The notes beneath the pieces were generated by a model. The model was not told the origin of the DNA and did no database searches. It saw nothing but the letters and a program-made list of their open reading frames with translations. A stretch of DNA of 64,000 nt from positions 788 through 64,787 of the IMG/VR virus record IMGVR_UViG_3300021962_000097. One strand, 5' to 3'. The position numbers and the translations under genes are program-made. Below are positions 50,801-59,731 of this stretch, in pieces. The stretch comes from a virus. Taxonomy: Duplodnaviria > Caudoviricetes. Positions within the stretch are counted from its first letter, which is position 1. Every line of letters starts with the position of its first letter.

Positions 50801-52143
50801 TAACTACTTTTACCTATACAAATAATGGCGGAGACACTGGTAGTACTGGCGGCACAGGTAGTGTGTATATTGGTGCTACTGGAATTGCTCTAGGTACAAC
50901 AGCAGCCAACAATGATACATTCTTAATATTTGCCAGCACTACAGGTGTAAGAGCAGGTATGTTAGTACAAGGTAGTGCTAACATACAAGCAGGAACTACA
51001 GTCATTGGAGTTAACAGTACAAGAGTATATCTAAGTGCTGCCGTAACAGGTACTATTGCCAGTACTACAGCCATTATCTTTACTGATACTAATACTAGTC
51101 TTGGTATTATCACTGGCGATCAAATTACCATCGCCAGCTCAACTGTGACTAATTTAGATGGAACATGGCCAGTTACTTCAGCAGGTCCAACCTCAACAAC
51201 ATTTAATATTAAAACAACTATTGCAGTCACAGCTACAAATGACACCAGAGTCGGCACTATAGTAAGAATAAACAATCTACTGTTAAAAAATAGAACAGTA
51301 ACTCTAGGCAGTAGTGAAGCTGGGACAAGTCCTGTAGCAGCCACACTCAAAGGTGAAAATGCTGTGGGCACTGATGTTGCAGGTGCAGCCTTGACTGTTC
51401 GCCCCGGACTATCAACTGGTAGTGCTACAGGTGCAGTGATTAACTTCCAAACAGGTACTACTGGATCAACTGGAGATACGACTCAGTCAGCTATTACTAG
51501 AATGAGTTTAACACAAAGTACAGCCGATACCACACTTGATTTGACCACAGCAATGACCACAGCCAATGTGTTTAACACTGGGGCAACCACTGTCAACGCA
51601 TTTGGCGCAGCCACAAATATCAGCATGGGCACAGGTGCAGGTACATTTACCATTGGTAATGCACTGACTGTGCTTAACAGTACTAAGTCTATTCAAATTC
51701 CAGTAGGTACTACCTTAGAAAGACCTACACCAGTAACTGGACAAATACGTTTCAATTCAACATTAAGTACATTTGAAGGTTATGGTGCCAGTGGTTGGGG
51801 AAGCCTAGGCGGTGTTAAATCAGTTGACGGTTTTACTTATATTATTCCAGAAACAAGTCCGGGTGCAAGTAATGGTGAATTAGAATTCTATGTTGAAGAT
51901 GCTGCTGGTACTGGAACCGTTAAAGCCGCTGGCCTAAACAGAATAAAATTAGCAGTACTGCCAACTACAGCTTCTACCACAAGTACTAGCGGTGCTCTAA
52001 CAGTGGCAGGTGGCGTTGGTGTTTCTGGCAATGTCTATGTTGGCTCAGGTAGTAGAGTTGGATTTGTAAATGCCAGTGATGTTAGTGCAGTGTATCAATA
52101 TTATAACTCGGCTACTAACAGTTTAGATACAATTTTTGGATAA
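44827..52143 (+). CDS. Very large tail-fibre-like protein (2,438 aa), paralogous beta-helix scaffold
   Basis: N-terminal IKHKRSSVPG..P..EFAFNTADGSIF fibre-attachment motif; YVSASKGNDLNDG..TIKRAL; SPYVQNCS; repeated HG(F/L)xTGD beta-modules; C-terminal GTTLERP..GQIRFNS..FEGY. Confidence 0.85.
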   Translation: MATKIKHKRSSVPGNNPTSGQIDQAEFAFNTADGSIFIKNDANDIIEITANLYKKNTSIALTDTGVDGTITMKADGVQTIQSTSTLTSIGQDVSIEDAKELRLKELASNGSNYAAFKAPDNLASSYTFTLPTTNGNLGQLMATDGNGQLFFTDSDTFGGNRVYVSASKGNDLNDGITAPVLTIKRALQIASGLVYTSGSLVNGQKVNVVVAAGDYTEQNPLIIPDNVTVKGDSLRSVVIRPANANQDMLRVRNGCYFGEFTFRDGLSGGVPSYTFNYAVAFDDPLDVTASRTGYTYLPSTKPKITQSPYVQNCSIISFLGGNGVLVDGSKVVTPNTPTNQIEAENPVLLAPPEQGKSMVANAFTMLSFGGTGWRLINDAYAQIVSCFQIFMLNGVYTQSGGYCSITNSATNFGLYALRASGYSSSAFEFDRGYIGTTGTIGSTQTITAFGWTRVDGPVNEFVVRVRDELTNADLTSTYKTSLPGYLSTSFNAATDVNTVTNVFTITSHGFLNGDAVVYDSNGGTDISPLFSGEQFYIGFLTGNTFKLFYDDSLTREVDIISVGSGTQYFNKQDYEMYVEEVIETHNQFQTLTLDAGSPSGYTFNIGDVILGTTGGNPNNAYVYSYDSMTKELVVCVNKVTIGLTETRNNFTTASQITSVDGVAASYFMTSGVASKSDLYGATFKIKPSIIGGAYTNLVTLPGKQIWFHRPSITNSSGHTWEYAGSGTDYNALPQNGGKGDPFYEQVGQNLGKVYTSGTNELGDFKVGNFITAFNRTGNVTFTNKITVDTLDVLRLGVGGVTVETISTDVELGGNETGGPKDTRISTQLAIYSYNQIHLGNVIDKNVSTNAVPGSLVQLNSNGQINSDLIPTSRSFSSFSSAGLNSRLSITDNIPAGDVLGGDIAVEAFYQQELVLDNPITAAVGTPVIQTTGNTATTSITSTSNSFTVTHTGTLVNGTYVLIEGVTPSAYNGVWLINRASSGTFTVFTNINPGTATVQGTIYYGGASGRLKGAYTAATNVIVGSVFSNFNTAFVSGASNLIIGTDRTPSDTNTAVTISSAAAATTASLNYFLNIATYSQYFVLENSATPTFTNGSISKAFRYSNVGYITTGAAHNFSTGNETKIDAGTDAFDGSGYVTVISSTEFSYSNTGTSTTASATTTATATLVGVTGTSTTGSVAAASLTGTITLGDYVFGATLPYGAKVTAVDMAVDPRTFTISWPSTATVTGTSTATLTFITPAVETGTVRSVLTASDNQAQAEFVELRSGVLTSVNNLSGLTGGSSYVAGTYSRVPLINQTVATTSISSTATVATITHGTTVIGTFVTGSTVVIAGTTASSGSADQYNGTWTVTSGSSGSFTITGTFTNGATASVQGTIASGVGECALADITVSGAGAVTNVDLVFGGANYAVGSTLTTSNTYLGGAGSGFKITTSAIEKRAYVKLTGGQQFIATAGAPDFVEENASGVLTATATATVVATFDAQSTGVGGGVDTVLNRITTLAAHGFTTGDPVIYDPGVDPAIGGLTSGEVYYVKVITGTTIELYPSYGISTIIVLTTSTGAGHTLTRKTVDIVNNTITFPAHGFNTGDAFRINGADLPFFSGVQVTSGAHYFVGSITTNSFSVHELRSDALDSVSGVTINPVNITAIGSGTITITKNNIKITAVVNTSSNLSDNWNSLTTSTIDASSIISGIISTTRLATGTANSSTFLRGDSVWSTVVQSATLAGGSALTLSGTGVGPYTGALTFDVTKADKTGGSGGYSTTGVASFNTTQFSVGTGDTLSAGQVLIKSGVIDAGTLDTYDSSYFLNPSNLTSAVPVNKGGTNLTSYATGDTIYASGTTTLNTLNIGVADSVMTSTGSAPQWSQGLALAKNLSTSAADITTASTSAATVFNTNSTAIKLGGAANNVYVGSSTASQSLSSNVKSYTTAGSASTTVTVNVGLTASISTVERATNTATITTGSNHGLTTNDVVTVVCTSDSSFSAVAVSVTVTGLTTFTYTNNGGDTGSTGGTGSVYIGATGIALGTTAANNDTFLIFASTTGVRAGMLVQGSANIQAGTTVIGVNSTRVYLSAAVTGTIASTTAIIFTDTNTSLGIITGDQITIASSTVTNLDGTWPVTSAGPTSTTFNIKTTIAVTATNDTRVGTIVRINNLLLKNRTVTLGSSEAGTSPVAATLKGENAVGTDVAGAALTVRPGLSTGSATGAVINFQTGTTGSTGDTTQSAITRMSLTQSTADTTLDLTTAMTTANVFNTGATTVNAFGAATNISMGTGAGTFTIGNALTVLNSTKSIQIPVGTTLERPTPVTGQIRFNSTLSTFEGYGASGWGSLGGVKSVDGFTYIIPETSPGASNGELEFYVEDAAGTGTVKAAGLNRIKLAVLPTTASTTSTSGALTVAGGVGVSGNVYVGSGSRVGFVNASDVSAVYQYYNSATNSLDTIFG

Positions 52144-52152
52144 GGATTATAA

Positions 52153-52332
52153 ATGAAGATAGATTTTCAATTTGACACTCAATATGGAAAATTTTGTGAT
52201 GCTTTGCATTTATCAGACGATCACAGCTTAACTGATGCAGAGATTGAAGCAATGAAGCAACAACGATTGACAAATTGGATTGCGGTTATCACTGCGTCCC
52301 CTGAAGAAGTTGTTGAACAACCAACGGAGTAA
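52153..52332 (+). CDS. Small hypothetical protein (59 aa), probable fibre partner/chaperone
   Basis: Below the ORF-track cutoff; AAGGA RBS; MKIDFQFDTQYGKFCDALHLSDDHSLTDAEIEAMKQQRLTNWIAVITASPEEVVEQPTE; fills the gap exactly. Confidence 0.8.
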   Translation: MKIDFQFDTQYGKFCDALHLSDDHSLTDAEIEAMKQQRLTNWIAVITASPEEVVEQPTE

Positions 52333-52335
52333 TAC

Positions 52336-55185
52336 ATGGCAGATAGATATTGGGTTGGCGGATCAGGTACATGGGATGCAACCAGTACGACTAACTGGGC
52401 CACAAGTTCTGGCGGTGCTTCAGGAGCAAGTGCGCCTACAGCATCTGATAACGTTTTCTTTGACTCCAACTCCAATGTAGGAACAGGCGCATTTACTGTT
52501 ACTGTTTCTGCGGCTGTTTGTAACGATATAACCATTGGTGGGGCAAGTGCGCCACAAGCATTAGACGGTGCAATGACGCTGGCTTTTGCGTCATCTACAT
52601 TGACTGTATCTGGCTCATGGACTAATCAGGCGACTAATTTTGCTGTAACAAATACAGCAGCAACAGTGACATTTAACGCCACTACTACAGGTAAAACGAT
52701 TACAACCAATGGTGTAACTATTGGAGTTACTATTACGCTCAATGGTGTTGGTGGGGCATGGACGCTTGGATCAGCATTAAATATTAGTATATATACACTT
52801 ACTCTTACAAATGGAACGTTTGATACATCAGCAAGTAACTATGCTGTTACTGCTAGTGCTTTTTCTTCAAGCAATTCAAACATAAGGACAATAAATTTAA
52901 ACGGATCAACTGTTACGTTAGGCGCCGTTAGCACTGCTTGGCAAATGACAACCAGCACTAATGCAACGCTAAATGCTGGAACATCAACCATTAATCTCAC
53001 ATCTAGTAATTTAATTTTTGCCGGAGGTGGGTTAACTTACTATAATGTTCAGTTTACAAGCACCAGTGCAGGTGCATTGTTTCAAGTACTTGGGGCAAGT
53101 ACATATAATAATTTTACAGTTGCTACGGCTAGTGCAACTGGTTTAAGTAGGCTAATTTTTACCGCAAGTCAAACAATTAACGGCACATTGACTGCTAACG
53201 GTTCAAACGGTAACATTAGGCTATTTGTCAACTCACAAACGATAGGAACAACGGCAACATTAACTTGTGCCGCAATTGCCGCTATGACTGATGTTGACTT
53301 CCGTGACATAACAATAGCAGGAGCGCATGGCACGTTGTCTGGTACTCGATTGGGAGACTGCGGAGGTAACAGCAATATTACGTTTGTGGCTGGAGCAAAT
53401 AAGTATTGGAACTTAGCGGCAGGTGGCAACTGGAGCGCCACGGCTTGGGCGTTAGGTTCAGGTGGATCAGTAGCAGATACAAACTTTCCGTTACCTCAAG
53501 ACACAGTAATCATTGAGAATACAGGACTCAATACTAGCGCAACAGTTACTATCAATGCAGGTTACAACATTGGCACATTAGATACATCAACACGTACTAA
53601 CGCAATGACGTTAGCGTCAAGTGGAAATGCCCCAACTTTTTATGGAAACTTTACATACGGTTCTGGTGTAACTCCAACAGGAACTGGAACATATACATTC
53701 TCTAATCGCTCCACAAAAACACTCAACTCTGGTGGTAAAACATTTACTCAACCAATAACAATAACTGCTCCCAGTGGAGGTATTCAACTTGTTACAAACA
53801 ATCTGACGCTAGGCACAACGCTTACCACTACTTTAGCGCAAGGTACGTTAGACTTGAATAACCTGACACTAAGTACAGGATTGTTCAGCTCAAACACCTC
53901 AAATACTCGAACTATTGCTTTTGGTAGTACAGGATCAATTGTTACTACCACGACTACCGCTGGATCAACTGTTCTTTCGATGGCAACTGCCACAAACTTT
54001 ACGTTTACTGGCACATCGAACATATCAGCAGCAATGTCCACGACAAGGACGTTTAACTTTGGTGGCGCTGGAGCAACAACCTCAAACAGGTTAAACATTA
54101 ACCTGACATCAGGCGCATCTGTTCCTACGTTTACAGGATCGTTTCGTCAAGTTAACTTTACCGGATCAACATGTAACACCGGCTCACAAACCATCAATTG
54201 TCACGGGTTTACGCTTGCATCAGGAGGGACTTATACAACCACTACTTTTACAACAGTAGGTACAGGCACATTAACATCAAATGGAAAATCAATATCAACT
54301 CTTAGGGTTAATGCGTCTGGCATAACAACTACGCTTTCTGATGCTTTGATTTGCACTAGCATATGGTATTTGACCCAAGGCACAATTGATCTTAATGGGT
54401 TTAGTTTAACTACGCCCGGTTATTGGGGAGATAGCACTTTTGCAAAAAATATAACTTTTAACGGTGGGACTATTTTTATAACAATAGCTAACCCTTTTGC
54501 GTGGGATAACGTTAGCGGTAGTGGAAATCTTACCACGACAGCAGGTACTGGCACAGGCACAATCTCCATGACTGCCGCAACTGCCAAGGCGTTTCAAGGC
54601 GGAGGGGCTACGTATAACTGCACATTGAATCAAGGTGGTGCTGGTGATTTGACCATCACAGGCTCAAACACATTTGACAACATCACAAATACGGTTCAGC
54701 CAGCATCGGTCTTATTCACCGCAGGAACAACAAGCACGTTCTTGTCTGGGTTTTCACTGTCTGGCACTGCTGGAAACCTGATAACCATAGGTTCTGCCAC
54801 TGCCGCAAGCCATACGTTATCCAAGGCAAGTGGTACTGTGTCTGTGTCTTACTGCTCCATTAGCAGGTCATCTGCCACAGGTGGCGCCACTTACCTAGCA
54901 TTTACCGGCAATGGCAATGTGGACGGTGGAAACAACACTGGTTGGTTATTCAGTGGTACCAGTGTGGCCTCTAGAATAACATCAACGGGTGTGTTGTCCA
55001 TAGCTGGAGAATTAGATGAAGTTACACAGACTACCATTAGACTGACCTCATCTAACCTATACTCGAGTGAATTTGATGAATATACATTGCAAGGCGCAGG
55101 TGGCGGACTTGCTAAACGAGAAACATCCACTGGAAAAATTCAAGTGACCGGACAGTTTGATGAATACAACAAGCCCTATGCATAA
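52336..55185 (+). CDS. Beta-solenoid fibre/adhesin-like protein
   Basis: MADRYWVGGSGTWD..NW..SGG..P..SDNVFFD, with an internal repeat of that module (KYWNLAAGGNWSATAW); Thr/Gly/Ser-rich. Confidence 0.8.
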   Translation: MADRYWVGGSGTWDATSTTNWATSSGGASGASAPTASDNVFFDSNSNVGTGAFTVTVSAAVCNDITIGGASAPQALDGAMTLAFASSTLTVSGSWTNQATNFAVTNTAATVTFNATTTGKTITTNGVTIGVTITLNGVGGAWTLGSALNISIYTLTLTNGTFDTSASNYAVTASAFSSSNSNIRTINLNGSTVTLGAVSTAWQMTTSTNATLNAGTSTINLTSSNLIFAGGGLTYYNVQFTSTSAGALFQVLGASTYNNFTVATASATGLSRLIFTASQTINGTLTANGSNGNIRLFVNSQTIGTTATLTCAAIAAMTDVDFRDITIAGAHGTLSGTRLGDCGGNSNITFVAGANKYWNLAAGGNWSATAWALGSGGSVADTNFPLPQDTVIIENTGLNTSATVTINAGYNIGTLDTSTRTNAMTLASSGNAPTFYGNFTYGSGVTPTGTGTYTFSNRSTKTLNSGGKTFTQPITITAPSGGIQLVTNNLTLGTTLTTTLAQGTLDLNNLTLSTGLFSSNTSNTRTIAFGSTGSIVTTTTTAGSTVLSMATATNFTFTGTSNISAAMSTTRTFNFGGAGATTSNRLNINLTSGASVPTFTGSFRQVNFTGSTCNTGSQTINCHGFTLASGGTYTTTTFTTVGTGTLTSNGKSISTLRVNASGITTTLSDALICTSIWYLTQGTIDLNGFSLTTPGYWGDSTFAKNITFNGGTIFITIANPFAWDNVSGSGNLTTTAGTGTGTISMTAATAKAFQGGGATYNCTLNQGGAGDLTITGSNTFDNITNTVQPASVLFTAGTTSTFLSGFSLSGTAGNLITIGSATAASHTLSKASGTVSVSYCSISRSSATGGATYLAFTGNGNVDGGNNTGWLFSGTSVASRITSTGVLSIAGELDEVTQTTIRLTSSNLYSSEFDEYTLQGAGGGLAKRETSTGKIQVTGQFDEYNKPYA

Positions 55186-55206
55186 GTAACTATATGGACA
55201 AATAAC

Positions 55207-58200
55207 ATGGCAAAACTATTATCAGGAACAAGAATATATGGAACAGCAACAGTTGATTCCACACTGACACTGCAAGATCTAGTAACATCTGCGGCCACGG
55301 CTAACATAGCAAATACAACATCAACAACAGTTAATGCATTTGGTGCAGCCACAACACTGGGGATTGGCGGCTCAACTGGTACGCTGACCCTGGGAAATCC
55401 AACCATTGCTACCAGTGTTACCAGCGGTACACTGGCCTTGTTCAACACTGGCCTAACAGGTACTATGAACATCGGTGGCGCAGCAGGTACATTTAACATC
55501 GGGTCAAGCACTTCAACTGTTACTTTCAATGGTACCACTATTAACTTAAACGGTACTAATCCTAGCATTGCCAGTACTAATACTGGCACAGCATCGCTAT
55601 TCAATGCCAACATTACTGCAATTAACTTTGGTCAAGCAGCAGCAATTTCTATGGGCGGTACTGGCAGTAATGTCACAGTACGAGGCAATCTACTGGTAAA
55701 CGGTAATACCATACTAGGTGATGCTTCTGGCGATTCAGTGACTTACAATGCCAGTACGGCCACAGTGGCTACAACTTATTCGTTCACCAATACTGATACT
55801 GGTACAAACACCGTAGTTTATCCAATTAAATTTGCACACACACTGTCATCTGGTACAGCAGCCGTGGGTATCGGATCAGGATTCCAATTTACTGCACCTA
55901 ATGCTTCTGGTACGGTGATTGCCGGCGGCAGTGTTGAAGCTGTATCAACCAATGTAACAGCAACATCAGAAGCCTATGATGTTGTAGTTCGAGCATATAC
56001 CGCTGGCGCCAGCGGTCAAGTACTAAAAGCCAATGGTACAACTTTAGAAGTTGGAGCATCTAACACTAATACTACTATTAAAACACTAGGTACTGGTACA
56101 TTAACTGTAACAGGTGGCACAACTGGTGCATCTAGTGCAGGCGCTATAGTCACAGTCAGCGGTGGAGCTGGTGGAGCAACTACAGGTGCAGGTGGACAGG
56201 CAGTATTCAAAGGTGGTGACGGTACTACTTCTAGTACAGGAGGTGATGTAACACTCAAAGGCGGTGCCGCAGTAGGTACAAATATTGCAGGCGCAAACAC
56301 TGTAATTGAAGCAGGTAATGGTACTGGCACAGGTGGTTCTGGTAACATAATATTTAGAACAGCCAGTGCAGGCTCTAGTGGTAGTACTGCTGATACTATG
56401 ACTGATAGATTAACTATTAATAGTAGTGGTCTTATTTCTTTTGCCGGCGCAGTTACTATTGGCGGAGATCTAACAGTTAATGGAACCGTAACTACCATTA
56501 ATTCAAGTACAGTCACTATCGATGACAAAAATATTGAACTAGCCAGTGTGGCAGCCATCACAGGCTTAACTGTAACACTAACCAACGGTAGTCCAACAGT
56601 TACATTTATCGGTGTAAGTACAACCACTGGTTTACTAGCAGGCCAAACATTAACTATCACTAGTGTACAAAGTGGTAGTCCTGCATTTGGTGTAGGCGCA
56701 ACTATTCTAAGTGTTGACAGTCTAACGCAGGTAACAATGACTGATAATACTACTGGAACAACAGGTAATGTAACCATTAGCTCAAGCGGATCTAGCGATG
56801 CTACAGCAGATGGCGGCGGTATTACTGTTAAAGGCGCTACAGATAAAACATGGAGTTATGTAAATTCAACTACTGCTTGGACCAGTAATCAAAATATTGA
56901 TGCTGCCTCAGGTAAAACTTACAAAATAAATGGTACCGATGTACTAAGTGCAAGTGCTGTACTACAAAATTCTGCTACATCAAGCATAGGTGCAACTGGT
57001 AGTGCTGCCACAGTTAATATTGGCAGCACATCAAACAACAATATTTTAAACATCTATGCTAATGGTACCACAGGTACTGCTACACTAGGCACAAACGTTA
57101 CCAACGGAACTGTTAACATATTTGCAGGTGTAACCGATACGGTTAATTACAGTGGCGCAGCAACTAGTATTACGGTTGGTAACACTGCAACCGCAGCACA
57201 GAGTGTCAGTATGTTTACAGCCAGCACTGGTTCAAGTACATACAATTTTGCCACAGGTGCCACACTTAATGCAAATACCAAAGCTATTAATATTGGTACT
57301 GCCGGTGTTAGCGGATCAACTACTAATATCAGTATTAACAGCACAGTCAGTGGAGCACTTGGCACAACAACCATTGGCGGTGCAACTCTAACAGCATCGA
57401 CTCCGACTGCTGTTAATTTAGGCACTAGCACATCATCATTAACTACAGTTACCGTTGGTGGTGCAATCACTGGAAATATATTAAAAATTGCCGGTACAGC
57501 CAGCGGTACTGCTAATCTTACTACAGATGTAACCAACGGTACGCTAAACATTGGTCAAAGCGTTACAGGCACAGTGGCCATTGGTGCAAGCGGTACAGTA
57601 CAATTAGGTACTAGTGCCACTGTGGCAACCACTGCTCAAGTTGGCGGTGCCGTAACTGGGAATACACTCAAGGTAGCTGGTACAGCAGGAGGCACTGCTA
57701 ATATTACTACAGATGTAACCAGTGGTACATTTAATATAGCTCAAAGTGTAACTGGAACTACTACACTCGGATCAAGTGGTACTGTACAACTTGGTACAAG
57801 CACAGGATCAACAACTGTGGCACAAGTTGGTGGTGCTATCGATGGCAACACACTAAAAATTGCCGGTACAGCAGCAGGAACAACCAGTGGCATTACCACT
57901 GATGTGACCAGTGGTACATTTAACATTGCACAGTCAGTAACAGGTACTGTAAAAATTGGTTCAAGTGGTACAGTTCAATTAGGTACTAGTGCCAGCGTGG
58001 CAACTACTGCTCAAGTTGGCGGTGCTGTAACAGGCAACACATTGAAAATTGCTGGTACAGCAGGAGGCACTACTAATATTACTACAGATGTAACCAACGG
58101 TATATTCAATGTTGCACAAAGTGTAACTGGTACAACTAACATTGCCTCAAGTGGTACTGTACAACTAGGTACAAGCACAGGCGCAACAACTACTGTACAA

Positions 58201-58974
58201 GTTGGTGGCGCAATTACAGGTAATATTCTTAAGATTGCAGGTGTAGCAGCAGGTACTGCTAATATTACAACTGATGTAACCAGTGGTACACTAAACATTG
58301 GACAAAGTGTTACAGGCACTGTGGCCATTGGTTCAAGTGGTACTGTACAACTAGGTACAAGCACTAGTATAGCCACTACCGCACAAGTTGGTGGTGCTGT
58401 AACAGGCAACACATTGAAACTAGCAGGCACTGCCAGCGGTGCTGTAAACATTACCACAGACGTAACCACAGGATCAGTTAATTTATTTGCTGGAGTAACT
58501 ACTGGTACAGTAACAGTAGGTGGCGCTACAGCAGGCACGTTAGCCATTGCATTCAACAAGGCCAGTACCAGTACAACAACAGGGGCAGTGACCATTGCAG
58601 GCGGACTTGGTGTTGCAGGTGCTGTTAACGCACAGACCAAGAGCTTTATTATTGATCACCCAACTAAACCTGGTAAACTATTAAAACATGGTAGCTTAGA
58701 AGGCCCTGAATTTGGTGTTTATGTACGTGGACGTTGTCAAGGCAAGTATATTCAACTTCCTGATTACTGGATAGGACTAGTTGATGCTGACACGGTAACA
58801 GTTGATCTAACACCTATTGGAAGCCATCAGAAATTGTACGTAGAACGAGTAGAAGGTGATCGAGTTTACATTGCCAATGATGCTCTGTTTGGACGATCAG
58901 TTGACTGTTTCTACACAGTATGGGGCGCACGTAAAGACGTTGGCGCATTAGATATTGAAGTAGACAAAGAATAA
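55207..58974 (+). CDS. Tail-fibre protein with tandem 62-aa repeats and a C-terminal chaperone-like domain
   Basis: GDLTVNGTVTTINS..IDDKNIEL..ADGGGIT.KG..DK; C-terminal KSFIIDHPTKPGKLLKHGSLEGPEFGVYVRG..LPDYW. Confidence 0.85.
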   Translation: MAKLLSGTRIYGTATVDSTLTLQDLVTSAATANIANTTSTTVNAFGAATTLGIGGSTGTLTLGNPTIATSVTSGTLALFNTGLTGTMNIGGAAGTFNIGSSTSTVTFNGTTINLNGTNPSIASTNTGTASLFNANITAINFGQAAAISMGGTGSNVTVRGNLLVNGNTILGDASGDSVTYNASTATVATTYSFTNTDTGTNTVVYPIKFAHTLSSGTAAVGIGSGFQFTAPNASGTVIAGGSVEAVSTNVTATSEAYDVVVRAYTAGASGQVLKANGTTLEVGASNTNTTIKTLGTGTLTVTGGTTGASSAGAIVTVSGGAGGATTGAGGQAVFKGGDGTTSSTGGDVTLKGGAAVGTNIAGANTVIEAGNGTGTGGSGNIIFRTASAGSSGSTADTMTDRLTINSSGLISFAGAVTIGGDLTVNGTVTTINSSTVTIDDKNIELASVAAITGLTVTLTNGSPTVTFIGVSTTTGLLAGQTLTITSVQSGSPAFGVGATILSVDSLTQVTMTDNTTGTTGNVTISSSGSSDATADGGGITVKGATDKTWSYVNSTTAWTSNQNIDAASGKTYKINGTDVLSASAVLQNSATSSIGATGSAATVNIGSTSNNNILNIYANGTTGTATLGTNVTNGTVNIFAGVTDTVNYSGAATSITVGNTATAAQSVSMFTASTGSSTYNFATGATLNANTKAINIGTAGVSGSTTNISINSTVSGALGTTTIGGATLTASTPTAVNLGTSTSSLTTVTVGGAITGNILKIAGTASGTANLTTDVTNGTLNIGQSVTGTVAIGASGTVQLGTSATVATTAQVGGAVTGNTLKVAGTAGGTANITTDVTSGTFNIAQSVTGTTTLGSSGTVQLGTSTGSTTVAQVGGAIDGNTLKIAGTAAGTTSGITTDVTSGTFNIAQSVTGTVKIGSSGTVQLGTSASVATTAQVGGAVTGNTLKIAGTAGGTTNITTDVTNGIFNVAQSVTGTTNIASSGTVQLGTSTGATTTVQVGGAITGNILKIAGVAAGTANITTDVTSGTLNIGQSVTGTVAIGSSGTVQLGTSTSIATTAQVGGAVTGNTLKLAGTASGAVNITTDVTTGSVNLFAGVTTGTVTVGGATAGTLAIAFNKASTSTTTGAVTIAGGLGVAGAVNAQTKSFIIDHPTKPGKLLKHGSLEGPEFGVYVRGRCQGKYIQLPDYWIGLVDADTVTVDLTPIGSHQKLYVERVEGDRVYIANDALFGRSVDCFYTVWGARKDVGALDIEVDKE
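57406..58524 (+). repeat. Six tandem 186-189-bp coding repeats
   Basis: GTVQLGTS..QVGGA.TGN.LK.AG...GT.NITTDVT.G units start at ~57406, 57592, 57778, 57967, 58153 and 58339. Confidence 0.9.
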
Positions 58975-58984
58975 GGAAAATAAA

Positions 58985-59722
58985 ATGGCATTCGGAATAG
59001 GACCAATATTAGCACAACCAACTAGTTTAGTTTTAAGTCTAGATCCTGGGAATAGTCGCTGTTACAGTGGCACAGGATCTACACTAACAGACCTAAGTCT
59101 AGCAGTCAGCACTGTTGATAGGCGAGGACTTGAACCAGCAATCACATTAGTAAACACTCCTACATATTCGAGTAATAATGGAGGCTATTTTACCTTTAAC
59201 GGAACTTCGAATTATGCAACAGCAACAAATTTAACACCGTCAACTGTGGTATCAATCAGCGCTTGGATATACATGGCCGATTGGACTGTGGCCACAGTGG
59301 GTACTTTTGTATCAAATGCTGACAGCGACGGCACCGTCAGATACCAGATTGGACTTAATAATGCCAGCTATTCTAACAGTCTAGGTGCAATCATCAAATA
59401 TTCATCAGGTACACTGACAGTGAGTTACGCAAAAAGCTCATTGACAGCCGGCTGGCATTCTGTAATCGTAACATTTGACGGCTTGAACGCAAGATTATAT
59501 GTAGACAGCGTCCTAGTATCTACTAGTTCTACGCTATCTACATCAACTCCGATAGATTATTCGTCTGTGAATACTTTGGGACTTGGCGCAAAAGTTTCGG
59601 GAGGAACAATAACAGAGTATATAGGCTGTGCCATAGGACCAGTAAATGTTCATGCAAGCACACTTACACAAGCAGAAATTACTACATACTTTGGCGGGCT
59701 ACGCAGTAGATACAGCATATAA
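58985..59722 (+). CDS. Concanavalin A-like lectin/LamG-domain virion protein
   Basis: LVLSLDPGN..YSGTGS, GGYFTFNGTSNY, SISAWIY, WHSVIVTFDG..LYVD, LTQAEI. Confidence 0.85.
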   Translation: MAFGIGPILAQPTSLVLSLDPGNSRCYSGTGSTLTDLSLAVSTVDRRGLEPAITLVNTPTYSSNNGGYFTFNGTSNYATATNLTPSTVVSISAWIYMADWTVATVGTFVSNADSDGTVRYQIGLNNASYSNSLGAIIKYSSGTLTVSYAKSSLTAGWHSVIVTFDGLNARLYVDSVLVSTSSTLSTSTPIDYSSVNTLGLGAKVSGGTITEYIGCAIGPVNVHASTLTQAEITTYFGGLRSRYSI

Positions 59723-59731
59723 GGCTTTCGA

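Noticed and set aside
44827-58974. Diversity-generating retroelement or invertible fibre switch
   Set aside because: No reverse transcriptase or invertase in the window; no adenine-specific TR/VR pair or inverted-repeat-bounded cassette noticed
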